DNA from: a bacterium
GTDB lineage: Bacteria > Bacteroidota > Bacteroidia > Bacteroidales > UBA932
Assembly (NCBI GenBank): GCA_963619595.1
Contig: CAVEYE010000042.1
Coordinates: 1 to 60,194 of the forward strand
Direction of reading: 5' to 3'
DNA: 60,194 nucleotides
A program made the position numbers and the translations under genes. Shown here piece after piece: positions 29,399 to 38,237 of this stretch; within the stretch, counting starts at the first letter, position 1; each line of letters begins with the position of its first letter. A model generated the notes under the pieces. It was not told the DNA's origin. It saw only the letters and a list, made by a program, of their open reading frames with translations, and made no database searches.

Positions 29399-29514
29399 AA
29401 TTTTTACTCCTTTTCAGCACCTTCGGGTCTGACGGCTATCCTGTCGGCGGCCTGATGGTCAATGCCGTACGGGCAAACAAAAACCGTCCGGCCCGGAGGT
29501 CAGACGGTTATGAG

Positions 29515-29529
29515 TCAAAATATGTTCCA
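29515..29529 (-). promoter_or_regulatory. Putative sigma54 (-24/-12) promoter of clpB
   Basis: Minus strand TGGAAC-ATATT-TTGA versus consensus TGGCAC-N5-TTGC. Confidence 0.6.
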
Positions 29530-29551
29530 CAGCCTTCGGGCTGACGGAGCG

Positions 29552-29566
29552 CTGACAAAATGTCAG
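29552..29566. promoter_or_regulatory. Palindromic operator/enhancer upstream of clpB
   Basis: CTGACA-AAA-TGTCAG perfect inverted repeat 22 bp upstream of the -24 element. Confidence 0.6.
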
Positions 29567-29572
29567 TGTTTG

Positions 29573-29965
29573 CTATTCAGCCTCTGTTGCTGATGCCTTT
29601 GTTGCTGATGCCTCTTCTGCAGCTGTTTCTGTTGCAGGATTTTCCTGAGCAGGGGCAGTTGTCTGTGCAGGGGTTGAAGGGAATTCAGGCTGGGCGGCGG
29701 CGGCCTCGATCTTCTCGGTCACGTCTACGCCGGAAGTGGCGGTCTTTGTTGTGAACGAAGTGATGATGGAGACAACAAGGATGAAAGTCACGAGACCCCA
29801 GGACACCTTCTCAAGAATGTTGGCGGTCTGCCTTACTCCAAGGGTGGTGTTGGCTGAAGTGAAGTTGCTGGCCATTCCCTCTCCCTTGCCGTTCTGAAGC
29901 AACACGGCGATTATAAGAAGAATCGACGCGATGACGATGATGATTGTTAAGATTGAGAACAACAT
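29573..29965 (-). CDS. secG: Preprotein translocase subunit SecG
   Basis: VLLQNGKGEG, two TM helices, LEKVSW; low-complexity acidic tail. Confidence 0.93.
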   Translation of the reverse strand: MLFSILTIIIVIASILLIIAVLLQNGKGEGMASNFTSANTTLGVRQTANILEKVSWGLVTFILVVSIITSFTTKTATSGVDVTEKIEAAAAQPEFPSTPAQTTAPAQENPATETAAEEASATKASATEAE

Positions 29966-29976
29966 ATTCTATAATT

Positions 29977-30627
29977 TTAATTTTCTTGTCGCAAATTTTC
30001 AATAAGGGATGCAAAGTAAGCACTTTTTTCCGGATATCGCAAGATTAGCCTCGAATAAATCTTCTTTGCTTCAGCAAAATAGCCTTGATCGGCGTAAATT
30101 CCGGCCAGAGTCTCGGTGCAGAAGCCGAGTTCCGGGTCTTCCCAGACCTTCTCGTCGGTCTCGGCGCTTTTCTCCGTGCGGAATTTCGAGAAGATGTTGT
30201 CCTCTTCCTTCTTGACCGAGGCGTACTGCTCCGCCGAGAAGAAATCCCCGCCGATTCTCGCCGGCCTTTCCGGCCGCTCAGCCGCTCCCGCAGACGGCTT
30301 TGGAGCCAGGGCCTCCTCCGGCAGACCGGCCTCATTCTCCGGCTCGGCCGGGGCCTGTGACGAGGCTATATATTCCTTGATCAGGTCGTTGACATCCTTG
30401 TCCGAGTAGTCCTTGCGCCGGGCCGAGCGGACGATGTCGAAGATAAGCGACCGGGAGGCGACATACATCGCAGCATCCGAGTACTGCGCTCTGCCCCAGG
30501 AACTTCCGCCGACTTCGGCCATCCTTGCGCAAAGCTCTTTGCGCGCTCCGCCGAACCACGGGTAGAGGTTGATCACCTTTGTCAGGTCATCGACGGACAA
30601 AGACTTGAGGTCCAGTTTCCCTTCCAT
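29977..30627 (-). CDS. Conserved hypothetical protein with C-terminal TPR-like motif
   Basis: TETLAGIYADQGYF..A..IY..L.L.YPEKS.YFA; located between lptE and secG. Confidence 0.8.
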   Translation of the reverse strand: MEGKLDLKSLSVDDLTKVINLYPWFGGARKELCARMAEVGGSSWGRAQYSDAAMYVASRSLIFDIVRSARRKDYSDKDVNDLIKEYIASSQAPAEPENEAGLPEEALAPKPSAGAAERPERPARIGGDFFSAEQYASVKKEEDNIFSKFRTEKSAETDEKVWEDPELGFCTETLAGIYADQGYFAEAKKIYSRLILRYPEKSAYFASLIENLRQEN

Positions 30628-30631
30628 ATTC

Positions 30632-31144
30632 CTACCACTGTGCCACGCTGGCGTTGAACATGTCCTCGACAAGCTTCTCGATGATCTCCTCGCAGAGGGA
30701 CGACTCGACGGCGTCCAGCGAGTTTGTCGAATCGTAGTCCGAGTAGGCTGAGAAACTCTTCTCGAAATCGTCCTCCGGGTACTTCTTGTTCGTGAATTTC
30801 AGTTTCACGGTGACGGTGAGGCGGTTCTGCGCCGCCACCTCGTTGGCGGTCACGGCCGCCGCCCTGACCTCGTAGCCGGTGACTTCCCCGGCGAGTTCAA
30901 GGTCTCCGTCCATCTCGACCTGCTCCAGTTTTGTGAGCTTGCGGAACTTGTCCTTCATCGCCTCGGTCAGGTCGTTGCTGAGGTTCGGGTTGACTTTCAG
31001 GGCCTTGTAGCCGAAGTACTGGATGGTGACCGTCTTGACGTCCGGCTGGATCGACGTGCCGGAGAACGAGTAGTTCACAATCGAACAACCCGCTGACAGG
31101 ACAGCCAGCAGAACCAGAACGGCCAAAGTGATGAGCTTCTTCAT
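30632..31144 (-). CDS. lptE: LptE-family lipoprotein
   Basis: Lipobox SAG-C, YSFSGTSI, NRLTVTV, DMFNASVAQW. Confidence 0.8.
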   Translation of the reverse strand: MKKLITLAVLVLLAVLSAGCSIVNYSFSGTSIQPDVKTVTIQYFGYKALKVNPNLSNDLTEAMKDKFRKLTKLEQVEMDGDLELAGEVTGYEVRAAAVTANEVAAQNRLTVTVKLKFTNKKYPEDDFEKSFSAYSDYDSTNSLDAVESSLCEEIIEKLVEDMFNASVAQW

Positions 31145-31188
31145 TTTAACTTGACTTTCGCTTGTAAATGGTGCGGCGAGGCACCGCT

Positions 31189-32433
31189 CTATTTCGAGTC
31201 GAGGTGATACTTTTCTATCCACCTGTAAAGGGTCCGCTCGGAGATTCCGAGTTCGCCGGCCGCGAGCTTGCGGTTGCCCCCGTGCTTCTCAAGGGCTTTC
31301 TCGATCATCTCCTGGTTGGATTTTTTGATTGACAGGTCCTGGTCGCGCGGTTCGACAGGAATGTCCACGGTCTTGCCGACGTCTCCGTTGGAGACCGGCG
31401 CTCCGAAGCCCTGCCATTCGGCCTCTTCCGGATCCCGCCGTGCCGTGATGGCCGGGGCGGCGGCCGCCACCGCTCCGCTTTCAACCCTGGCCTTCAGCCT
31501 GTCGACTTCCTGTTTCAGGTCGACGATGGCTTTGACGATCGCCTGCTTTTCGGAGTCTGACATCGAACCTGTCCCTGACGGAGCCGGGTCGGCGGCCGCG
31601 ACCGGAAGAAGGCTGGTCTCCTCTTTGGGCATATAACGCGACAAGGTCTCGGCGTCGACCACGCATCTTTCTGAGGTGCGTGTGAGCTTTTCGGACTCCA
31701 GCGCCGTGACGGTCTCGGCTATGTTCTTGAGCTGGCGGATGTTGCCTGGCCAGCGGTAGTTTATCAGAAGGTCGATGGCCTCGTTGGAGAGAGTCACCTT
31801 GCTCATCCCGTATTTCTCCGAGAAGTCGGAGGTGAACTTCCTGAAGAGGAGGTAGATGTCCTCCTTGCGTTCACGCAGGGCCGGCATCTTGACCTGCACC
31901 GCGTTGAGCCTGTAGTAGAGGTCTTCTCTGAAACGTCCCTTGGACACGGCGTAAACCAGGTTGACGTTCGTGGCCGCTATGACCCTCACGTCGGTCTTCT
32001 GGACTTTGGACGATCCGACCTTGATGAACTCACCGCTCTGGAGAACCCTCAGAAGCTTGGCCTGGGACGGGAGCGGAAGCTCGCCGATCTCGTCGAGGAA
32101 CAGAGTCCCGCCGTCGGCCTCCTCGAAATAGCCCTTTCTTGTCTCGATGGCTCCGGTGAAAGATCCTTTCTCGTGGCCAAACAGCTCAGAATCAATTGTC
32201 CCTTCCGGAATGGCACCGCAGTTTACGGCAAAATATTTGCAGGTCTTCCGCCGGCTGTTCTGGTGGATGATCTTTGGAATATTTTCCTTACCGACACCGC
32301 TTTCGCCGCTGACCAGGACGGTCAGGTCCGTCGGAGCGACGGCCACGGCGGTCTCGAGCGCCCGGTTGAGGTCGGCGTTGTTGCCGATGATGTCGTATTT
32401 GTTTTTTAACCTTTGCAGTTCTTGTGAATCCAT
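31189..32433 (-). CDS. Sigma54-dependent enhancer-binding protein (AAA+ and Fis HTH, no sensory domain)
   Basis: GESGVGKE, SELFGHEKGSFTGA, LFLDEIG, FREDLYYRL, WPGNIRQL, AAGELGISERTLYR. Confidence 0.95.
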   Translation of the reverse strand: MDSQELQRLKNKYDIIGNNADLNRALETAVAVAPTDLTVLVSGESGVGKENIPKIIHQNSRRKTCKYFAVNCGAIPEGTIDSELFGHEKGSFTGAIETRKGYFEEADGGTLFLDEIGELPLPSQAKLLRVLQSGEFIKVGSSKVQKTDVRVIAATNVNLVYAVSKGRFREDLYYRLNAVQVKMPALRERKEDIYLLFRKFTSDFSEKYGMSKVTLSNEAIDLLINYRWPGNIRQLKNIAETVTALESEKLTRTSERCVVDAETLSRYMPKEETSLLPVAAADPAPSGTGSMSDSEKQAIVKAIVDLKQEVDRLKARVESGAVAAAAPAITARRDPEEAEWQGFGAPVSNGDVGKTVDIPVEPRDQDLSIKKSNQEMIEKALEKHGGNRKLAAGELGISERTLYRWIEKYHLDSK

Positions 32434-32467
32434 ACCCGGCTGAAGTTAGTATTTGTTCAGAGTTTGG

Positions 32468-32496
32468 CAAAGTTAAGAAAATAATAATTATCTTTG
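32468..32496. promoter_or_regulatory. Back-to-back divergent promoters
   Basis: Minus TAACTTTG (32475-32468); plus TATCTTTG (32489-32496). Confidence 0.65.
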
Positions 32497-32560
32497 TACA
32501 ATTGTTTCGGACATAAAGAAATTGTCCCGGCATTGAATGTAATCTTTAATCATCATTTAT

Positions 32561-34210
32561 ATGAAAAAGACACTCAAATTTTTGGCGGTTGCCTTCATCG
32601 GAATGGCGGCCGTTGCTTGTTCCTCCGCTGAGAAGATGGCGGAACTCGCTGACAATGTGGTCGTAAAGTGCGACCCTGCAGTTCTGGAGTGTGTGGCCGG
32701 CAACATCGACGCCACTGTCACGGTCACTTATCCGGAGAAGTATTTTCATCCTAAGGCCATCCTTGAGGTCACCCCTGTCCTCGTCTATGAAGGCGGCGAG
32801 GCCAAGATGACTCCGTTCATGTACCAGGGTGAGAAGGTGAAGGACAACTACAAGGTTGTCGCCAAGGACGGCGGCACCGTGACCGAGAAGGTTCACTTTG
32901 AATATGTAGAAGGCATGGAGCAGTCCCACCTCGAGCTGCGCGGCGTGGCCAAGTACAAGAGCAAATCCTACAAGCTCCCTGTAAAGAAGGTCGCCGACGG
33001 TGTCAACACCACCTACATGCTCGTGAAGGCCGCCGGACAGGTTCCGCTCAAGGCTGACGGTTACCAGGCTGTCCTCCAGCAGACCGCCGAGGGCCAGATC
33101 CTCTACAACATCAACTCCGCCGATGTTCAGTCAAAGCAGCTCAAGGGACAGTCCATCAAGGATTTCCAGAACGCTCTTGACGAGATCAAGTCCAACGAGA
33201 GGAAGACTCTTGTCGGAACAGAGGTTGTCGCCTACGCTTCACCTGATGGTGGCGAGAAGCTCAACAGCACTCTTTCCGAGAAGCGTTCGAAGTCTGCTGA
33301 CAAGGCTTGGGACAAGGTCATGAAGGGCAAGGATGTCGCTGATCCTGAGGTGAAGAGCATCGGTCAGGACTGGGAAGGCTTCCAGGAGCTCGTCCAGAAC
33401 TCTGACATCGAGGACAAGGACCTTATCCTCCGCGTCCTTTCAATGTACAGCGACCCTGCTGTCCGTGAGAGCGAGATCAAGAACATGTCTTCAGTCTACA
33501 CCGAGCTTAAGAGCGACGTTCTTCCTGAACTCCGCCGCGCGAGGTTCATCGCCAATGTCGAGTTCAAGAACTACACCGCCGACGAGCTTATGGAGATGGT
33601 TGACAACAACAGCGATGTGCTTGACGAGCCTGCTCTCCTGCACGCAGCCACCCTCACCAAGGATTTCAACACCAAGGTGAAACTCTACAACAAGGCCATC
33701 AGCAAGTACGACAGCGACAAGGCAAGATTCAACCTCGCCGCCACCTACCTCAACGCAGGTGATGTCAAGAAGGCCGAGAAGGCTTTCGCCGACGTGCAGA
33801 CCAAGGATGAGGACCTCACCAACGCTCTCGGCGTAGTGGCTCTCCGCAAGGGTGACTACACCACCGCCGCCAAGAACTTCAAGAAGGCCGGCACCGACGC
33901 CGCCAAGGCTAACCTCGGTGTTGTCGACATCCTCACCGGTGACTACGCCAAGGCTGTCGAGGATCTTAAGGACGCCAAGGGCTGCTGCCACAACACCGTC
34001 CTCGCCTACATCCTCACAGACCAGCTTGACAAGGCTTCAAAGGCCGCTCACTGCAAGGACGCCAAGGTTGACTACCTGAGAGCCGTCATCGCCGCCCGTC
34101 AGGGCAACTTCGACCAGGTCAAGACCTATCTTGACTCTGTAGCCAAGAAGGACAAGGCTCTCGCCGAGAAGGCCACCAAGGACATCGAGTTCGCCGAGTA
34201 CTACAAGTAA
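32561..34210 (+). CDS. Lipoprotein with OmpA-like and TPR domains
   Basis: Lipobox AVA-C, YASPDGG..LN..LS.KR, C-terminal TPR-like helices; strongly biased codons. Confidence 0.8.
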   Translation: MKKTLKFLAVAFIGMAAVACSSAEKMAELADNVVVKCDPAVLECVAGNIDATVTVTYPEKYFHPKAILEVTPVLVYEGGEAKMTPFMYQGEKVKDNYKVVAKDGGTVTEKVHFEYVEGMEQSHLELRGVAKYKSKSYKLPVKKVADGVNTTYMLVKAAGQVPLKADGYQAVLQQTAEGQILYNINSADVQSKQLKGQSIKDFQNALDEIKSNERKTLVGTEVVAYASPDGGEKLNSTLSEKRSKSADKAWDKVMKGKDVADPEVKSIGQDWEGFQELVQNSDIEDKDLILRVLSMYSDPAVRESEIKNMSSVYTELKSDVLPELRRARFIANVEFKNYTADELMEMVDNNSDVLDEPALLHAATLTKDFNTKVKLYNKAISKYDSDKARFNLAATYLNAGDVKKAEKAFADVQTKDEDLTNALGVVALRKGDYTTAAKNFKKAGTDAAKANLGVVDILTGDYAKAVEDLKDAKGCCHNTVLAYILTDQLDKASKAAHCKDAKVDYLRAVIAARQGNFDQVKTYLDSVAKKDKALAEKATKDIEFAEYYK

Positions 34211-34232
34211 CGGAGATCCGTCAATGAATATG

Positions 34233-34268
34233 GAAGCCTGGCCGCCGTGCGGTCAGGCTTCTTTTTTT
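34233..34268 (+). terminator. Intrinsic terminator
   Basis: GAAGCCTGGCCGC-CGT-GCGGTCAGGCTTC then T7. Confidence 0.88.
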
Positions 34269-34328
34269 GCGCTTGTGCCTTTCGGCGGAAATTCCTAACT
34301 TTGACATCTTGAAATAAAATGTTCGTAA

Positions 34329-36623
34329 ATGATAGGTTCGCTTTTGGTCACTGCCCTGCTGGCAGGATCCCCATTGAAACTGAGCGGTGACAACATCCCG
34401 CAGATTGTCAAGGAACTAACCAACGAAGAAAAGGCCGCGCTGATCGTAGGCTGCAACTCCACCGCATTCGACGGAGTCGGCTACACAACCCTCGGTGTCA
34501 AGGGCGCTGCCGGGGTCACGCATCCGATCGAAAGGCTTGGCATCCCTTCCATCGTGTTCGCCGACGGTCCTGCCGGAGTCAGGATCGACGACCGGCCTTG
34601 CACGAAATTCCCTATCGGCACATCCCTCGCTTCTACCTGGAATCCTGAGCTTGTCGAGGAGGCCGGCGCCGCCATCGGCAATGAGGTTCTTGAATATGGA
34701 ATCGACGTCATTCTAGGCCCTGGTGTGAACATCCAGCGCAATCCGCTCTGCGGCAGGAACTTCGAGTACTATTCAGAGGATCCTGTCCTTGCGGGCAGGA
34801 TCGCTGCGGGCTACATCAGGGGAGTCCAGAGCCAGGGAGTGGGAACTTCGCTCAAGCATTTCGCCGCCAACAACCAGGAGATGAACAGGCTCTACCTTGA
34901 CGTGCGGGTCTCCCGCAGGGCTTTGAGGGAGCTTTATCTCAGGAATTTCGAGATCGCCATCGACGAAAGCGACCCGTGGACTATAATGACGTCCTACAAC
35001 TATCTGAACGGCACATTCACATCGGAAAACCACGACCTTGCGACGGGAGTCCTCAGAAACGACTGGGGCTACAAAGGACTTGTGGTGACCGATTGGGCGT
35101 CAGGGCAGTTCTCGGACAAGATGGTCTCGAGCGGCAACGACCACATCCAGCCCGGCTCGGACGATCACTACAACAGGCTCGTGAAGATGATGGCGGACGG
35201 ATCGATGCCTATGGCGGCTGTCGACAGCGCAGTCACCAGACTCCTCCGGCTCATCGTCAAGTGCCCGAAATTCAGGGGTTATGAATATTCCAACAAGCCT
35301 GACTCCGAGCATAACGCCGCGGTGGCCCGCAAGGCCGCTGCTGAGGGAGTCGTGTTGCTGAAGAACGAGTCTGCGGCTCTGCCGCTGACCAAGGCCTCCA
35401 AGATAGCCCTGTTCGGAGTCGCCTCCTACGAGTTCATCACCGGCGGCACAGGTGCGGGAAATGTCAACGGCTCCTATGTCATCGACCTCAAGCAGGGACT
35501 CGCGGACGCCGGTTTCGGAATGGACAAGGCCACGGATGATTTCTACACGGATTGTCTTAAATATGAGAGGTTCAACACCCGCAGGATCAACGGCAAGTTC
35601 GACAAGTGGTATGTGGACGCTGAACGACCTGCCGAGGTGATGCCTTCCAAGGCGGTGCTGGCACAGGCCGCCAAGGAGGCTGACAAGGCCATTCTGACCA
35701 TCGGCAGAATCTTCGGCGAGGGCAAGGACAGGCTTTACCAGTTCAGCTACCTGCTGTCCACCTATGAATTGAATCTTATAAAAGGTGTCTCCGAAGCTTT
35801 CCACAAGGAGGGCAAGAAGCTGGTCGTTGTGCTGGATGTCGGCGGCATCGTCGACATGACCGCCTGGCAGGACCTGGCGGACGCCATCGTTGTCTGCTGG
35901 CTTCCGGGATGCGAGGCTGGACACGCCGTGGCCTCCGTGCTGTCGGGTGAGGAGTCTCCTTCCGGAAGACTTCCGATGACGATCCCAGTCAGCTATTACG
36001 ATGATCCGACAGCGGCGACGATGCCGCAGATCCTGACCGACAAACCGGTCAACTACTCGTATCACCGTCCCGCACCTATAGGCATAAAGAAAAGATACGA
36101 TGTCGAGAACATCGACTATGTCAACTACCGCGAGGGAGTCTATAGCGGCTACCGCTACTATCTCACAAACAATGTCCGCACGGCCTATCCTTTCGGCTTC
36201 GGTCTTAGTTACACCGAATTCAAGTACGATGGGATGACTGTCAGGGAAGACGGCCCCGACTATGTCGTGGAAGTGACCGTGCAGAACACGGGAGCATATT
36301 CAGGAAAAGAGGTCGTCCAGATCTACGTAAAGGCTCCGGGCAAGGATATGGACAAGCCTGAGAGGGAACTCAAGGGCTTCGCCAAGACTGAGGTTCTGGC
36401 TCCGGGTCAGTCCCAGACCGTCGAGGTCAGGATTCCGAAGTCCCTGCTTGCCTCCTACGATGAGGAGCGCTCCGGCTGGGCGACAGAACAGGGAACATAT
36501 TCATTCATAGCCGCCAGGAACGTCGAGACTCCGGTCCTTGTCAGGAAGGTGAAGGTCGCCTCCGCCTCTTTCACCCCGACCGGCGACTATCTTGCGGCCT
36601 CCCCGGTCTTCATTGAAAGGTAG
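34329..36623 (+). CDS. GH3 beta-glucosidase/xylosidase with fibronectin-III-like C-terminus
   Basis: DGPAG, GRNFEYYSEDP, LKHFAANNQE, VVTDW nucleophile, YPFGFGLSYT, ELKGFAK. Confidence 0.93.
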   Translation: MIGSLLVTALLAGSPLKLSGDNIPQIVKELTNEEKAALIVGCNSTAFDGVGYTTLGVKGAAGVTHPIERLGIPSIVFADGPAGVRIDDRPCTKFPIGTSLASTWNPELVEEAGAAIGNEVLEYGIDVILGPGVNIQRNPLCGRNFEYYSEDPVLAGRIAAGYIRGVQSQGVGTSLKHFAANNQEMNRLYLDVRVSRRALRELYLRNFEIAIDESDPWTIMTSYNYLNGTFTSENHDLATGVLRNDWGYKGLVVTDWASGQFSDKMVSSGNDHIQPGSDDHYNRLVKMMADGSMPMAAVDSAVTRLLRLIVKCPKFRGYEYSNKPDSEHNAAVARKAAAEGVVLLKNESAALPLTKASKIALFGVASYEFITGGTGAGNVNGSYVIDLKQGLADAGFGMDKATDDFYTDCLKYERFNTRRINGKFDKWYVDAERPAEVMPSKAVLAQAAKEADKAILTIGRIFGEGKDRLYQFSYLLSTYELNLIKGVSEAFHKEGKKLVVVLDVGGIVDMTAWQDLADAIVVCWLPGCEAGHAVASVLSGEESPSGRLPMTIPVSYYDDPTAATMPQILTDKPVNYSYHRPAPIGIKKRYDVENIDYVNYREGVYSGYRYYLTNNVRTAYPFGFGLSYTEFKYDGMTVREDGPDYVVEVTVQNTGAYSGKEVVQIYVKAPGKDMDKPERELKGFAKTEVLAPGQSQTVEVRIPKSLLASYDEERSGWATEQGTYSFIAARNVETPVLVRKVKVASASFTPTGDYLAASPVFIER

Positions 36624-36710
36624 CCTGCGTGGCAAGACGCTTCCGCGGCGCGCCTCCAGCCACTTGCGGAAGCGTGTTAAAGAAAAAACTTGAAAAAAAT
36701 TAAGAAATAA

Positions 36711-36741
36711 TTTGCGGAATAAGAAAAAAGCACTACCTTTG
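36711..36741 (+). promoter_or_regulatory. Promoter for tRNA-Gly
   Basis: TTTG 36711-36714, 19 bp, TACCTTTG 36734-36741. Confidence 0.8.
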
Positions 36742-36775
36742 TAATCCCAAAGCGATGCTGAGGGTAACAAAGTTT

Positions 36776-36850
<75 letters not shown>

Positions 36851-36851
<1 letters not shown>

Positions 36852-36882
36852 AAGGAGTGACTGACAAGTCGCTCCTTTTTTT
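36851..36882 (+). terminator. Intrinsic terminator after tRNA-Gly
   Basis: AAAGGAGTGACT-GACA-AGTCGCTCCTTT plus T tract. Confidence 0.85.
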
Positions 36883-36941
36883 GTACCTTCATATTCATTT
36901 CTTATATTCGTAGCCACATTTTCACAACACAGGTTCTTCTT

Positions 36942-37736
36942 ATGGCATCGGACAGCAGGACAGGCGGGCGGTTCAATCTCGCGTTCAACATCTTTCTGGT
37001 CACCGGAATGATCGTGGCGGTCACGGTCACCACCATATTCAAGCTCCAGCAGCCTGGGGTCAAGACCTTTATGCTGCTGCTCGCGGCTTTCGGCTCCGTG
37101 ATGGGAGTCGTCAACACCGTGATGTCGGCCAACGGCAACATCCTGACTTTCGTGTTCGGCTTCATAGATGTGCTGATCGGTACGATCGTCTACCTTGACA
37201 ACGGGATAATGGGCAACTTCGCCCTGCACGCGTTCTACTTCCTGCCGATGCAGTTCGTGGGTTTCTGGCAGTGGCGCAAGAGGGGAGCGCTTGACAAGAA
37301 TTCTTCTGAAGGTGGCGGAAAAGGCCTGAAGGCAAGGAGGCTCACCGGACTGCAATGGCTTTGGCTTGTCTGCTGGGTCGTAGCCGGCACCGCGGCGCTT
37401 TATCTGATCCTTCTCGCGGTTGACAATGCAAAACTTTCGTCCGGCGCAATTGTCAGCGTCGACCGGTCAAAGATCCTTCTCGACGCAGTCGTGATGATTC
37501 TGAACATCACCGGACAGATCCTCCTGAGCCTTGCTTTCGTGGAACAATGGTACATCTGGATTCTTGTCAACATCTCGTCAATCTCTCTCTGGACGGTGGC
37601 GCTTGTGTCCGGTGCAGGCTCGGGCAACGCGGCCGTGATGCTCATCAAGTACGTGTTCTACCTTCTTAACTCGTTGAATGGGTTGAGAATCTGGCTCGCC
37701 CTGAGCGGGAAGACCCCAAGCGGTAATCGCACGTAG
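36942..37736 (+). CDS. pnuC: PnuC-family vitamin (nicotinamide riboside-type) transporter
   Basis: GFWQW, LLDA, EQWYIWILVN (WxxWxxxN), YLLNSLNG..IW. Confidence 0.82.
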   Translation: MASDSRTGGRFNLAFNIFLVTGMIVAVTVTTIFKLQQPGVKTFMLLLAAFGSVMGVVNTVMSANGNILTFVFGFIDVLIGTIVYLDNGIMGNFALHAFYFLPMQFVGFWQWRKRGALDKNSSEGGGKGLKARRLTGLQWLWLVCWVVAGTAALYLILLAVDNAKLSSGAIVSVDRSKILLDAVVMILNITGQILLSLAFVEQWYIWILVNISSISLWTVALVSGAGSGNAAVMLIKYVFYLLNSLNGLRIWLALSGKTPSGNRT

Positions 37737-37856
37737 ATTTGGAGAATTGACTATTTTTTACTTACTTTGTGCCGCTATTTGCTCCCAGCTTGTCTGGACC
37801 GCGGCATATAGCCTTAGAATTTTTGTAGAGAAAATACTAATTTTAATTATTCAATT

Positions 37857-38114
37857 ATGACTTCTGAAGAAATTGTAAAGCAGGTCAAAGCGATTATCGT
37901 TGACAAGCTGGGCGTTGAAGAGTCCGAAGTGACAGAGAGCGCTAACTTCACAAATGATCTTGGTGCTGATTCCCTTGACACGGTTGAGCTTCTTATGGAG
38001 TTCGAGAGAGTGTTCGGAATCAAGATTCCTGATGAGGAGACAAGCACAATCGCCACCGTGGCTGACGCTATCGCAAAGGTAGAAGAGAAACTCGCAGGTA
38101 AGGAAGAAGCCTAA
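37857..38114 (+). CDS. acpP: Acyl carrier protein
   Basis: [18 protein letters not shown]. Confidence 0.97.
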   Translation: MTSEEIVKQVKAIIVDKLGVEESEVTESANFTNDLGADSLDTVELLMEFERVFGIKIPDEETSTIATVADAIAKVEEKLAGKEEA

Positions 38115-38134
38115 TCTGTCGGTCTGAATTATTT

Positions 38135-38173
38135 AAGGGGATGTGTGAGCGTTCACACATCCCCTTGTTTTTT
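38135..38173 (+). terminator. Intrinsic terminator after acpP
   Basis: AAGGGGATGTGTGA-GCGT-TCACACATCCCCTT then T tract. Confidence 0.9.
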
Positions 38174-38237
38174 GATGGCCGCGGCGGAGTCTGGAGACTC
38201 CTGGCCGCGGCCTGTCATATTCCTGTAAAGTTCCTCC

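Noticed and set aside
29578..29615. 15-bp tandem repeat in the secG tail, and EAPKA/AAEEA repeats in rplQ and rpsP
   Set aside because: Low-complexity coding tails common in Bacteroidota; not CRISPR or a functional DNA repeat
36637..36675. Inverted repeat ACGCTTCCGC..GCGGAAGCGT after the GH3 gene
   Set aside because: Single copy; likely a 3' stabilising or terminating hairpin, no evidence for a MITE or REP family
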